A stretch of DNA of 43,755 bases from a virus: the UHGV virus genome UHGV-0008389. One strand, written 5' to 3'. Below are positions 9,041 through 18,791 of this stretch, in pieces. The position numbers and the translations under genes were made by a program. Position 1 is the stretch's first letter. Every line of letters begins with the position of its first letter. The notes under the pieces were generated by a model. It saw only the letters and a program-made list of their open reading frames with translations, was not told the DNA's origin and made no database searches.

Positions 9041-9955
9041 TTAATACAGATGAACAGAAGGCGGCAATTCTTTATTCTTAAGCCTTATCCATGCGGAAAG
9101 ATTCGTTGGTCCGTCTGGCTCATTAATATCAACATCTCGTGTGTGGTTTATTAAAACGTCTCTCGCCATTCCGATAACATGCGAGAACTCATGACCATAG
9201 TCGTAGCATCTGCCGGAATAGTTCGATTGAATTTGTTTTAATGCCGGATACAGTTCGCGGAATAATGCCTGTGAACGGTTAGCATAATCCCATAGCCATA
9301 CAAGGCTGTTTGCTTCTTTTGCAGAAAGCTCGTTGGTTTTCTTCTCTTGTTTGCCAATGAACTCACCTTCAAGCGGAACGCGAGCAGCAAGTGACAGTGC
9401 TTCGGCAAACTGCTCCTCACTGATTTCTTTGTACGAACATCCAAAATGGGATTTCAGTGACGACCACATGGTGATCATCGCCTTAGCCTGTTTTTCTTTT
9501 GGCAGAGACTGACCGCAACTCATGACGAGTTGTTTAATGGCTTCCTGCTGTTCAGTGGTGATTTTACCCGGCAACGCCTTTTTAGCTTTCGGTGTATTTC
9601 CGTAAGACCCCGTTTTACGAATGGATGGCAAAACTTCAGCTGTCACCCATTTGCGGAATTTGTGCGGGACTGAACCTTTATTGACGGCATCACGGCAGCG
9701 CAGAACCAATGTATACATACCTGATTCGCTCACAATGCTTAAATTCTGCTCACCACCAAGGGTGTAACTTAAAGTTACTCCCTTCTCATCGTTATCAAGT
9801 GCAGTAAGCGCCTTGCGTGAGTTAGTCAGAGTTAAAGCATCACAAACATCTTTTGCTACAAACCACGGCTCACCGCACTTGTTGATGACGCGGATTTCAC
9901 TGTCGCCGAATTTGAAGATGGTGAAATCGTTTTGTGCCTTTGCTATACTTTTCAT
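9041..9955 (-). CDS. ant: Antirepressor Ant (Bro-N domain)
   Basis: 304 aa; N-terminal [30 protein letters not shown] matches the Bro-N motif of P22-type antirepressors; follows an arc-like gene. Confidence 0.8.
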   Translation of the reverse strand: MKSIAKAQNDFTIFKFGDSEIRVINKCGEPWFVAKDVCDALTLTNSRKALTALDNDEKGVTLSYTLGGEQNLSIVSESGMYTLVLRCRDAVNKGSVPHKFRKWVTAEVLPSIRKTGSYGNTPKAKKALPGKITTEQQEAIKQLVMSCGQSLPKEKQAKAMITMWSSLKSHFGCSYKEISEEQFAEALSLAARVPLEGEFIGKQEKKTNELSAKEANSLVWLWDYANRSQALFRELYPALKQIQSNYSGRCYDYGHEFSHVIGMARDVLINHTRDVDINEPDGPTNLSAWIRLKNKELPPSVHLY

Positions 9956-10026
9956 GTCAATATTTCCCGATCAGATTTGTTGATGTAGAAGCCTCGCCAG
10001 TTCCCGCTGTCGGGGCTTCGTTATTT

Positions 10027-10188
10027 TTAGAGAGCATTCCGCATTTTCTCCCGGTACTTCAACCACCAAGCAAGTCCCTGAACCAACACTGAGTTTTCTG
10101 ACATCCCCTCTTCCTTAGCGATGCGTTTCACCTCCTCCTTAAAACGGTACGGATACCGAAGAGTTGTCTTCACTTCATTCTTTTCCAT
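10027..10188 (-). CDS. arc: Arc-like ribbon-helix-helix repressor (53 aa)
   Basis: Unlisted small ORF MEKNEVKTTLRYPYRFKEEVKRIAKEEGMSENSVLVQGLAWWLKYREKMRNAL; AAGGAG RBS upstream; same length as P22 Arc with a matching NGRS-NSE-type RHH motif; lies immediately upstream of ant. Confidence 0.6.
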   Translation of the reverse strand: MEKNEVKTTLRYPYRFKEEVKRIAKEEGMSENSVLVQGLAWWLKYREKMRNAL

Positions 10189-10205
10189 TGATCACTCCTT
10201 TTTAC

Positions 10206-10270
10206 GTAATGGCATTATGCCTTGAAAGCAATATGCCATCATTGAATATAAATAGCAATATGCCATCATT
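10206..10270. promoter_or_regulatory. Divergent promoter/operator region of the immI-like module
   Basis: Palindrome GGCATTATGCC (10210-10220) and two direct copies of GCAATATGCCATCATTG (10227-10243, 10254-10270) between divergent arc-like and mnt-like genes. Confidence 0.5.
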
Positions 10271-10290
10271 GTTTTTTTTGAGGTGATGTT

Positions 10291-10611
10291 ATGGCTGAAA
10301 AGCAGGTTAAAGATTACGAAAAGTTTGTTGTGCGTTTCCCTGACGGGATGAGGGACGCGATTGCGGAGAGAGCCAAACGAAACGGGCGCTCTATGAACTC
10401 AGAGATTGTGCAGATACTGGAAGATGCCTTGAATGCAGAAAATACTCTTGGGGAAATAGCAGACAAAATCAACAGCGTCTCGGTTCCGCTAAATGTTGAT
10501 GCGCTAGTTCAACTTCAAGCCCAGGTTATCGCCATGCAAAAAGAAATACAGGAAAAGTTCAGAGAGCAGAACGAAAAGTTGAGAGAACTGCTAAACAAAA
10601 AACCCACCTGA
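10291..10611 (+). CDS. mnt: Mnt-like ribbon-helix-helix repressor
   Basis: 106 aa; FPDGMRDAIAERAKRNGRSMNSEIVQILEDAL matches the P22 Mnt/Arc RHH region (NGRSMNSE...QI); divergent from arc/ant. Confidence 0.7.
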   Translation: MAEKQVKDYEKFVVRFPDGMRDAIAERAKRNGRSMNSEIVQILEDALNAENTLGEIADKINSVSVPLNVDALVQLQAQVIAMQKEIQEKFREQNEKLRELLNKKPT

Positions 10612-10630
10612 CGGTGGGTTTTCATTTTTA
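10600..10630. terminator. Bidirectional intrinsic terminator between mnt-like gene and tape measure gene
   Basis: CCCACC tgac GGTGGG flanked by A-run upstream and T-run downstream. Confidence 0.65.
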
Positions 10631-10679
10631 CCGTCCGACTTCAGTCAACAGGCACAAACAGAGAAAACGTTACAGGTGA

Positions 10680-12494
10680 CTAAGGCATTGCACTGGAAAA
10701 TGCCGCGTTTGTTGACGCCCGGCTAACTTGCTGATTGACACTTCTGGTAAGAGCATCAACTGTTGTCGGGTTACTGTTAACAACTACCGTGCCAATAGTT
10801 GTACTGCTGCTACGGCTGTTGTCAATTTTTGATGTTGTCTGGCTTGGTGTTGAAGCGATGCGTTGCTGCTGCTGATAGTAAGCCAGCGTCTCGTTTTCTT
10901 TTGCATTAAGAGCGGCGCGAATCTTTGGTACATATTCTCGCGTTTCTTTCGGCAGGGTGTTCCAGTATTTGGATGATGGTGAATCAAACCCGGTACTGGA
11001 TATGTATTTTAACTTTTTGTCTACATTGCCCATCCCCCAGTTGTAAGCCATCAGCGCATGGTTAACATTGCCTTTATAGTGCTTTAGCAAATCCCTCATG
11101 AACCTTTCAGCAGCAGCGCGAGATTTCACTTCATCAAGACGCTCATCAATCCCATCCCCGACCTTTAACCCGTACGCTATGGCAGTATCCTTCATGAACT
11201 GATACGGACCAACGGCACCTTTCGGGCTGTAAAGTTTTTTGCCACCGCTCGATTCCACCTCACGAATGGCATCAAGAAGAGAATCCATGCTTACTGGCTT
11301 TACTCCGTCAGGGAGAGGGATATCTGGCTGAATGTTATTGCCATAAATCTCATCACCCCTACGCCCAAAATCGGTATCAAACCCCATGCTGCGCATGGTA
11401 TCTCCAAGTTCACGCTTAGAGTAATCAAACGATCCTTTAGCTGCCCCCTCAATGTTTTCCCTGTCATTGTAGAGATACAAACCATATGCTATTAACCCTG
11501 CTAACCATGGAGGAAGGGCGCCGCCTGTAAGTTTGCTTCCTACATATGCTGCTGCCAATAGCTTCAGAGCCTCTTCCGCACCACCAACTGCCTTTGTGAA
11601 TTGCTGCGTCATATTCCCGGCGTCATTGAAAAAGCCAATGATGTCGCCATGATGTTTCTCAATCCAGGAACCAAAAGCCTTCATCCCGTCAATAACGTCT
11701 GGAGCGAATGCCATGGCTAAATTTTGCTTTAATCGGGAAAACTCTGAATCAAGTTGCCCAAGAGTGGCAGCAACCTTCTCCTGCTCTTTTACCTGCTGTG
11801 CTGTAATACGGGATTTCTTTGTTTCTGAATCGACAAGCTGCTTAAGTTCCCCTGATTTTATTTTAGCGGCATCTGTCGGATCGAACCCTGCGGCAGCCAT
11901 CACCTGCATCAGGTTTTCTTGAGAATGAGTCTTGCCATAGCGAGAAAACTCAGCAAGAGCCTTGTTTGGGTCGCCGAGCTTATTGATATCTATTCCGGTA
12001 CGAGCTCCAAGAATCAGCAAATTTTGTGCAGCGCCAGTAAGCCCTCCCATAACAGTCGGATCGGCAATATTTGCCAAAGCCATTCTGGCATTCCCAGAAG
12101 ATGAAATGAACGAGTCACCGTTAAGACCAGCCTGGCGAAATCCCCGCTGAACACCAAACATCTTATTAACATCAGAGTCGAAAAACTTGGCCTGTTGGCT
12201 GGCCCTCACAATTTCGTTGGCAGTAGATGTAAAAAGTTGCTTAATTCCATACAACCCGGCGCCAATTCCCAAAAATCCAGCGGCTGCTGTTGTCACGTTG
12301 CGGAAAGCTGAAACAGCGGTTTTACCGAACCTCTCCGTTTCCTGCCGCTGTTTTTCAAGTTCCTTTAGCCTTTCCTTCTCAGCCCTGGAAAGATCTTTGT
12401 TTAATTTACTAACTTCATCTTTTACTTTCCGTTTTCCATTCAGGAATTCATCGGCCTTAATTGTGACCTTGTAGGCCAACTCATTGATAATCAT
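10680..12494 (-). CDS. Tail tape measure protein with C-terminal lytic transglycosylase (SLT) domain
   Basis: 604 aa, long helical N-terminal part; C-terminal motifs EVESSGG ... GAVGPYQFM ... AYNWG typical of SLT domains. Confidence 0.8.
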   Translation of the reverse strand: MIINELAYKVTIKADEFLNGKRKVKDEVSKLNKDLSRAEKERLKELEKQRQETERFGKTAVSAFRNVTTAAAGFLGIGAGLYGIKQLFTSTANEIVRASQQAKFFDSDVNKMFGVQRGFRQAGLNGDSFISSSGNARMALANIADPTVMGGLTGAAQNLLILGARTGIDINKLGDPNKALAEFSRYGKTHSQENLMQVMAAAGFDPTDAAKIKSGELKQLVDSETKKSRITAQQVKEQEKVAATLGQLDSEFSRLKQNLAMAFAPDVIDGMKAFGSWIEKHHGDIIGFFNDAGNMTQQFTKAVGGAEEALKLLAAAYVGSKLTGGALPPWLAGLIAYGLYLYNDRENIEGAAKGSFDYSKRELGDTMRSMGFDTDFGRRGDEIYGNNIQPDIPLPDGVKPVSMDSLLDAIREVESSGGKKLYSPKGAVGPYQFMKDTAIAYGLKVGDGIDERLDEVKSRAAAERFMRDLLKHYKGNVNHALMAYNWGMGNVDKKLKYISSTGFDSPSSKYWNTLPKETREYVPKIRAALNAKENETLAYYQQQQRIASTPSQTTSKIDNSRSSSTTIGTVVVNSNPTTVDALTRSVNQQVSRASTNAAFSSAMP

Positions 12495-12709
12495 CGCTGC
12501 TCCTGATGTTTATTCCAGACCCGATTGTTAAATGATTCCACCGAGATAATTTCCAGAAGGTTATACATATCACGAACAGATAACCGTTCCTGCAAATCGG
12601 TATAAGTGGCTTTTCCTGAACAGATAATGGCGTTCATTGATGGTGTGACGTTTACGGGGCGAACGAGTTTTGCCGGAAGAGTCTCCTCCTCCATGAACGG
12701 GTACTTCAC
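12491..12709 (-). CDS. Hypothetical protein (possible tail assembly chaperone)
   Basis: 72-aa ORF immediately upstream of the tape measure gene. Confidence 0.35.
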   Translation of the reverse strand: MKYPFMEEETLPAKLVRPVNVTPSMNAIICSGKATYTDLQERLSVRDMYNLLEIISVESFNNRVWNKHQEQR

Positions 12710-13113
12710 TCTCCGGCGATCGTTAAAAAATCAAAATTGACTTTAAATACCTTATCCATTACCTGACGAATGGTTGATACCTCTTCAAAGTCGACAGGCT
12801 TCACGGTTCGCACCTGTCTGCTGCCTTCGTGTGTAATCACAATTTGCACAGTTGACATCAGGCGATCACGAAGTTTTCTGGCGACTTCCGGCGATGCAGC
12901 AGAAATAACATTCAGACCAAGGGTGGCAAGGCCAGCGCACCCCATGGCAATAACATCAGCAGGAATACCAGAGAATCCCGATTCCCCCATGGAGCGGAAT
13001 AAATCCTGTGCCAGTTCGTCGGCATCCCATGCCGACATCTCTGTGATAATGAACTCCTTCCCATTGTCGCGATTATCGTCTTCCACGATAAAGGGGATTT
13101 CTTTACGTGCCAT
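12706..13113 (-). CDS. Hypothetical protein (possible tail assembly chaperone)
   Basis: 135 aa, acidic; between the tube and tape measure genes. Confidence 0.4.
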   Translation of the reverse strand: MARKEIPFIVEDDNRDNGKEFIITEMSAWDADELAQDLFRSMGESGFSGIPADVIAMGCAGLATLGLNVISAASPEVARKLRDRLMSTVQIVITHEGSRQVRTVKPVDFEEVSTIRQVMDKVFKVNFDFLTIAGE

Positions 13114-13547
13114 CAGATAGTGCTCCGTGTTACAGACTCAAAGTGAAATACTGCCGGGCGTGGTTGCAGTACGCGCCGACCCGGAGGAGTTGGTGTCCAT
13201 GTATAAAGAACCCCGTTCACAAAATTCCACTTCGCGCCGAGAGCCGGAACTGTAAGCACCGCATTACACTGAAACGCTGAAATTGCAGTTCTCTCTGCTG
13301 CATACCAGTCATCAATCAGCGAGCCAGCATTAGATGTGGGCATCAGGTTGATGGTGAACTCTGTCGGGTTAAAGATAAAACCAGCATGGTATTTACCGTC
13401 CGCTGATATCATGTCTTCTTTGTTCTGTAGTGCGCCAGTTTCAAACATGTTATCAGCTGCGTAGTCGTCAACATCAAAACCGCCAGGGTAGTAAGCGGGT
13501 ACGACGATTCGCAGCTTACTGTTTGCCGAGGTAATATCGATAGGCAT
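13113..13547 (-). CDS. Tail tube protein (tentative)
   Basis: 144 aa; immediately downstream of the sheath-like gene. Confidence 0.5.
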   Translation of the reverse strand: MPIDITSANSKLRIVVPAYYPGGFDVDDYAADNMFETGALQNKEDMISADGKYHAGFIFNPTEFTINLMPTSNAGSLIDDWYAAERTAISAFQCNAVLTVPALGAKWNFVNGVLYTWTPTPPGRRVLQPRPAVFHFESVTRSTI

Positions 13548-13558
13548 GATTTATTCCC

Positions 13559-15049
13559 TTATAAAATCGCGGTTGAGGACATTGTGATGGACTGAATAAG
13601 TTGCCCATCGACATAATAAAAAATGACACCTTTCAGGTCGCGCTCAATGCGTGCAGAGCCTGACTGTGTCGGGATGTACAGGAACCAGCCCTGTGAATAC
13701 AGCGTCGATGAGATATCTTTTCCAACTGTGTTATTCACAATTCTGGTTTGCGCATTATCAAGTTTCACGCCACGCTGAATAGCCCCGAAATTGAGAGCCT
13801 GTTCAGCAACATCAATAACAGCAGCAGAAACTGCGCCGTATCCTGTCTCATTGAACGGGTAAGACTGGTTATTGGTGAACAGGTTGGCAAAAGCACTAAC
13901 CAGATTGGCATTAATCCATACCTGATTAATAAAACTGTCCAGCCATACAAACTTGCCAGTAATGGCACCATCAGATGCGTACTGCGCCATTGTTTTGTTC
14001 AGGCTGTATGAGCCGTAGAAGTTGTAACCGTTTGACTTCAGTGCCTGAGCAGTCGCCAGATCGCTGACGTTGGGTGCTAACCCTGAAAATCCACGGAACT
14101 TGAACGAGATACGCCCATTGGTGCGTGCAAAATCCACGGATGCAGCATATGCCAGTGCTGTAACGCTATACAGGTATGTTCCGTACACCGGAAAAATGTT
14201 CTCGTAGCCATTTGCCACAACCACTTTCTGCACAAAGCAATTGGCATTATTGGCTACCGTTCCTGCTGAAGTGGTGTCGTGAACAACATATCCAAATCGG
14301 TTTTTACTGCTGCTTGCCCATGCGCACAATTCTGTTTTCTGGTCATCGGTCAGTTCGACCAGCGAGTTAAACAGGATCCAGTTCTGGTTGACGTTGATGA
14401 TGTTGTTCATCGTGTCTGTCAGCGTTACCGCATCAGAACCCAGTGATACAATCGCTGCGGAATCCTGCGTCAGTAATAACCCGGCAGCCAGAGCGCCAGC
14501 AGAGGCATAAGACACTTCACTCTCTGCGCCAGTAGTGGCAGAGCGAATGATGAATCGGTTAGCGATTGGCAACCATTCAACCACCACCTTGCTTGCACCA
14601 ATTCCAACCTGCAACTTGGAAGCAATGTCACTAAAACTTGTGGCTGTGGACAAATCAATTGATGTGCTAGTAGTCGACTCACCGTCAATGGAAAGGGTGA
14701 TTGTTCCTGCTGGAATTGCTTTCAGTGTTGCCAGGGAAACACCTTTCAGGTTGCCGGACAGAAGATACCCAGCCACTGGTGAAGTAACAATACGATACAT
14801 CAGCAGTTCACCAGGAATAACGGATGAGTTTTCGTATCCGTTAAAATACTGTTGTGCGGCGAGGAATTCTTTCGATTCACTCCCCATCAAAGCTGATACA
14901 TCAGATGAGGAGTAATAAGATTGTACCGCGCCAACCGGGATAAGCTCGTTATCGGTCAACATCAGGCCGTTAGCATCAACCGCAGAACCGGCAGGCGTAA
15001 CGACATTGGGCGTGATATTAAAATCTACAGATAAAGGGATTGTGCTCAT
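13559..15049 (-). CDS. Tail sheath protein (tentative)
   Basis: 496 aa, similar in length to Mu gpL; position upstream of tube and tape measure genes. Confidence 0.55.
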   Translation of the reverse strand: MSTIPLSVDFNITPNVVTPAGSAVDANGLMLTDNELIPVGAVQSYYSSSDVSALMGSESKEFLAAQQYFNGYENSSVIPGELLMYRIVTSPVAGYLLSGNLKGVSLATLKAIPAGTITLSIDGESTTSTSIDLSTATSFSDIASKLQVGIGASKVVVEWLPIANRFIIRSATTGAESEVSYASAGALAAGLLLTQDSAAIVSLGSDAVTLTDTMNNIINVNQNWILFNSLVELTDDQKTELCAWASSSKNRFGYVVHDTTSAGTVANNANCFVQKVVVANGYENIFPVYGTYLYSVTALAYAASVDFARTNGRISFKFRGFSGLAPNVSDLATAQALKSNGYNFYGSYSLNKTMAQYASDGAITGKFVWLDSFINQVWINANLVSAFANLFTNNQSYPFNETGYGAVSAAVIDVAEQALNFGAIQRGVKLDNAQTRIVNNTVGKDISSTLYSQGWFLYIPTQSGSARIERDLKGVIFYYVDGQLIQSITMSSTAIL

Positions 15050-15594
15050 GGGCGGTTATCCACCTGTTCAGTTGAAATTTCTGCTTTGTCGAAATAGTCC
15101 TGCTGGAACGACACTGTGATGTGTGCTTGCAGGGAAAGAGTTAACGTGTAACGCTCCTGCCACTGACTCTCGGCGTTGATCATCGGCGCCTGAATGGCAG
15201 GAGATGAGTAAAGCGGCGCAAGCCGTGCATCAATAGCCTTGATGATGTCGTAGCCATATCCACTGGTGAATGTTGTTTCCAGTGCAATAGCTCTATCTCC
15301 TGCCCCCTGACCATAGATATCTACCTGAATATCAGCCTGGCGAACTTCCGTATATCCCATGGTGCTTGTGTCCGGAGAGCCGGTATCTTGCTTAAGCTCT
15401 CTCGTCGTGGATAGTCTGGTGAATCGCAAAGGGGTCAGGATACAGAACTGATCTTTGGGCATTGGTACACGGTTAGCCTGAGCCTGCAGGCATTTACCAG
15501 CGATAGGTTCTATGTAGCCAGCAAGTACATCGATAATATTATCGACAGTGAAATCATTCATGGGCTTACCTGCAATACAGCAATCAGCCGGCAC
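15046..15594 (-). CDS. Hypothetical virion protein
   Basis: 182-aa ORF in the late operon between head and tail modules. Confidence 0.4.
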   Translation of the reverse strand: MPADCCIAGKPMNDFTVDNIIDVLAGYIEPIAGKCLQAQANRVPMPKDQFCILTPLRFTRLSTTRELKQDTGSPDTSTMGYTEVRQADIQVDIYGQGAGDRAIALETTFTSGYGYDIIKAIDARLAPLYSSPAIQAPMINAESQWQERYTLTLSLQAHITVSFQQDYFDKAEISTEQVDNRP

Positions 15595-15935
15595 CAGTCA
15601 GGCCACAACTCTATTGGCTCAACAACAAGCCATTGTTCCCCGTTAATCACGAAGATATCTCCGCCCTGCTCCAGTTCTCGCTGCACACTGAAGTAATTAC
15701 CATTGACGTAAATCACTTTTGCCAGCCCCTGAATATTCAATCCATCGACGTGTTGCATGTCGCCGCGACTGATTGGCTGTAGTTGAATGGTAACGTTCTG
15801 GTCAGGGAGATAAGACGGAATCGGCTTGCGACCGGGGCCGATAGTTTCACCTGCATACTTTTTCAGGATTGCCGGGATGTTGGGGTTAATGCTTGTGATC
15901 GCGTTATTGGCTATCTGTCGAAGATTCAATTTCAC
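15558..15935 (-). CDS. Hypothetical virion protein
   Basis: 125-aa ORF in the late operon. Confidence 0.4.
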   Translation of the reverse strand: MKLNLRQIANNAITSINPNIPAILKKYAGETIGPGRKPIPSYLPDQNVTIQLQPISRGDMQHVDGLNIQGLAKVIYVNGNYFSVQRELEQGGDIFVINGEQWLVVEPIELWPDWCRLIAVLQVSP

Positions 15936-16470
15936 CTACCTCATAATCAACAGCCCTTAACATGTCCCCGGTCCATATGAGAGGCTTGTTGTTGCTCATA
16001 TCAACATCAACCTTTTTCACCGGACCGAAATAGCCCGGACCACCAAAAACATCTTCTCTGGCCTTCACTACATCCCACTTAGTCATTTCCGCCCTGTTAT
16101 TAGGGAATCTACTTCTTAGAAGTACTGTTACCGGGCTTAATGGCGGCTCTTGAATAGTTCGAATGGATTCCTGGATGTCTGCTTTTATGATCTCGCCGAT
16201 AAGATTCAGAACAGTATCCGTATCTCCGTCATGCGATTTCATGAGCTTTTCGACCTTTTCTGACCACTCTTCAGATTTAGAAGCTATAGCATTCCTGAAG
16301 AATGGCCTTGGCGGACTTCCACTTGCCGGGTTACCAAATTCGTTAGATGCTGCAACCATTGGCATAGAAGTACCATCTGGATAGGTGGCATCTTCAAGAA
16401 ACCCGACCTTCAATTGCTTTGAGGACAACTCACTACCAACTGAATCAAGGAACTCCATCACCTTATCCAT
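15904..16470 (-). CDS. Virion morphogenesis / head-tail joining protein (tentative)
   Basis: 188-aa ORF, position after the capsid genes. Confidence 0.4.
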   Translation of the reverse strand: MDKVMEFLDSVGSELSSKQLKVGFLEDATYPDGTSMPMVAASNEFGNPASGSPPRPFFRNAIASKSEEWSEKVEKLMKSHDGDTDTVLNLIGEIIKADIQESIRTIQEPPLSPVTVLLRSRFPNNRAEMTKWDVVKAREDVFGGPGYFGPVKKVDVDMSNNKPLIWTGDMLRAVDYEVGEIESSTDSQ

Positions 16471-16901
16471 CAGTACCTCCGGTAATACCCATACGGGTAA
16501 TTTGATGGAGAATGCCCGCTTATATACTGGAAGGTGCGAAACGGCGCCGTAGCATTCCAGTAATCAGCCCCGTACTTTGTTTGCATGTACCATGCTGAAT
16601 TTGCTGTTCCCCCTGGCATATCGGCATGAACGCTAACCGAACCCTCTGAAGCACTGTCGATTCTTCCAACCAATCCGGATGGAGACTGCCCATTCGCTCC
16701 TGAATACAAACAGGCGATATGGGCAACCAGCATATTCAGCAGCATTGAGCGTACAGCCAAATCCGACACGCGACTTGAGTCTGTGTTATCGAGATAAATG
16801 GTTGCTTGCGTGAAATACTGCTGAAGAAGTGCGTCGTCGACAGATGAGAATTCAGGATAGCGTAGCTTAAATGCGGAGGGGTCAAATATTACGACGCCCA
16901 T
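16470..16901 (-). CDS. Head-tail connector-like protein (tentative)
   Basis: 143-aa ORF coupled to neighbouring genes. Confidence 0.4.
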   Translation of the reverse strand: MGVVIFDPSAFKLRYPEFSSVDDALLQQYFTQATIYLDNTDSSRVSDLAVRSMLLNMLVAHIACLYSGANGQSPSGLVGRIDSASEGSVSVHADMPGGTANSAWYMQTKYGADYWNATAPFRTFQYISGHSPSNYPYGYYRRY

Positions 16902-16913
16902 TTGCTGCTCCCG

Positions 16914-17261
16914 CTATTTTTCGTCAGCCTTTTTTACGCCCGGAGCCGGATTTTCCGGGTCAAGGCCTTCGAGGCCAGTTTTTGATTCTTTCAGATCTTT
17001 ACCCTGCGCATTCAGACTGAGAATATCTTTCTGAATGAAGATTGCATTATTCTGAATATACGCGGCATCCTTATAGGTCTCGATGAACTTATCCATGAAG
17101 TCTTTCTCGACCATGGTAACTCCGAAAGCCCCCTCAGGAATTGCACCATCAAGACCACGGAGGGCGGTTGTTGCCGCCCCGTTCAGGATTACTGTTTTGC
17201 CATCCAGAGTTACCTGAAGGCCATTTGGCAATTTGCAGCCAACGCTTACCATTTCTGCCAT
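16914..17261 (-). CDS. Hypothetical head-associated protein
   Basis: 115-aa ORF directly downstream of the major capsid gene. Confidence 0.4.
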   Translation of the reverse strand: MAEMVSVGCKLPNGLQVTLDGKTVILNGAATTALRGLDGAIPEGAFGVTMVEKDFMDKFIETYKDAAYIQNNAIFIQKDILSLNAQGKDLKESKTGLEGLDPENPAPGVKKADEK

Positions 17262-17264
17262 GAA

Positions 17265-18305
17265 TTAAACTCCCAACATGCTTGCAAATGCCAGCGGCTG
17301 GCGAATGATTGCGCCCCAGGTGCCACCGGTTTTCTTTTGTTTGTACGCGGACAGGTCAACAACAACCGGATGCGCACGCATTTTTTCGGTAAATGCGCAG
17401 TAGCCGGTGTCCTGACCATCCAAATCGTCGGCGATCAACTGAACCAGTTCGCCGGATTCGGTTTTGTACTCGACAGCAGTAACAACGCGCAGGTTCGGGA
17501 AGTTTTTCTTCAGCTGATCAGACACGTTGACGTTGTACATGTTGGTCTTGGTCAGATTTGCTTCTGACTCTGGACTCATCGCCAGCGTCATCTTGCTGTC
17601 CCGCTCAACGTACCCCTTGGTCTGCTTCACTAACTGCATGTAAAGCGCCTGGATATCGTCATACACCGCCTGACCGTCTTTAGTTGCCCAGGTAGTTCCG
17701 CTGCCGGTACCCGTTGCGCCAGGAGTGATTGATGCCGGAAGGTTAGGGTCATTCAGAATGCCGTAGTTCTTCAGGCCAGCAACGCCGAAGAAGTAGGACT
17801 TGTTCTGGAACTTATTCAGGGTCAGCGCAGAAGCCGTATTCAGTTGTTGAGCCCATGCAATGCGGCCTTCACCGTAACGGTCAAGTTCCAGCTCACCCCA
17901 CTGAGTAATGGTCTGGTACAGATAGGACTCACGAGCAACCCAGTTGACGTTAGCGTTTACCTGCCCATTATTGTTGTAGTCACCATAACTGGAAACCTGA
18001 CCTGTTGATTCCACAACCGGGAATTGTGCGGTCATGGTGGTCCAGTCTCCCTTCTTCGTTTCCCCCAGAATTTCCACCGCTTTCATCGGAGTGACAAGGA
18101 TACGAATCAGTTCCGGGTCAACGTAATTAGTGAAGTACCATGGAATGCCTGAGTTACTGGTTGTTACCAGTGAAGGCTGAGAGTCCATTGCATAGGAATA
18201 GCTATTAGCAACAGCATCCGTCAGATAGGCTTTGGCTTCCGGAAGGATTACACCGTAATCTCGCTCAGCCATAGCTTTATGTTGTAAAAATTCTGCGTTA
18301 TTCAT
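17265..18305 (-). CDS. Major capsid protein
   Basis: 346 aa; follows scaffold/protease and decoration-like genes in canonical head-module order. Confidence 0.7.
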   Translation of the reverse strand: MNNAEFLQHKAMAERDYGVILPEAKAYLTDAVANSYSYAMDSQPSLVTTSNSGIPWYFTNYVDPELIRILVTPMKAVEILGETKKGDWTTMTAQFPVVESTGQVSSYGDYNNNGQVNANVNWVARESYLYQTITQWGELELDRYGEGRIAWAQQLNTASALTLNKFQNKSYFFGVAGLKNYGILNDPNLPASITPGATGTGSGTTWATKDGQAVYDDIQALYMQLVKQTKGYVERDSKMTLAMSPESEANLTKTNMYNVNVSDQLKKNFPNLRVVTAVEYKTESGELVQLIADDLDGQDTGYCAFTEKMRAHPVVVDLSAYKQKKTGGTWGAIIRQPLAFASMLGV

Positions 18306-18308
18306 GTA

Positions 18309-18788
18309 TTAGCTCCAGGTGCCCATCTGAATCAACTCGCCAGCCTCGCCAGCACTGCCAACGACAAATTTTGTTTCAACGTAATCCGAAATTGACGCCC
18401 CGGCATCGCCAGCGGTAATAGTTCCATCTGACAGTTTGGCGAAAATCTTCTGCCCTACGGTTGCTGCACCGGCAGTTTTCACCCAGTAGTCACCAGCAGT
18501 CATCAATGTCATCTGAACTCCAGGCTGAATAGTCATAGATGATTCACCAAGCCATGTGGTGACAGACGCCTGCCCTTCCCGATGAACGAAACCGGCAGGA
18601 GCACCGGTTCCAGTGTTATTGGCAACACCATTGCTTACCCATGCAAAGCGACCAACAACAACCCCATTTGCACCGGCAACAAGAGCGCCCTCCCCAGCAA
18701 GAAGACTTGCTTTAGGGTTAGCCGAAGCGAAATCGCCTTCAACTCCCGGCGCCTGTTGCTGATTAATTACACTTTGAAAGCCACTCAT
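18309..18788 (-). CDS. Head decoration/structural protein (tentative DUF2190-like)
   Basis: 159 aa, Gly/Ala-rich; between scaffold/protease and major capsid genes. Confidence 0.5.
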   Translation of the reverse strand: MSGFQSVINQQQAPGVEGDFASANPKASLLAGEGALVAGANGVVVGRFAWVSNGVANNTGTGAPAGFVHREGQASVTTWLGESSMTIQPGVQMTLMTAGDYWVKTAGAATVGQKIFAKLSDGTITAGDAGASISDYVETKFVVGSAGEAGELIQMGTWS

Positions 18789-18791
18789 TTC

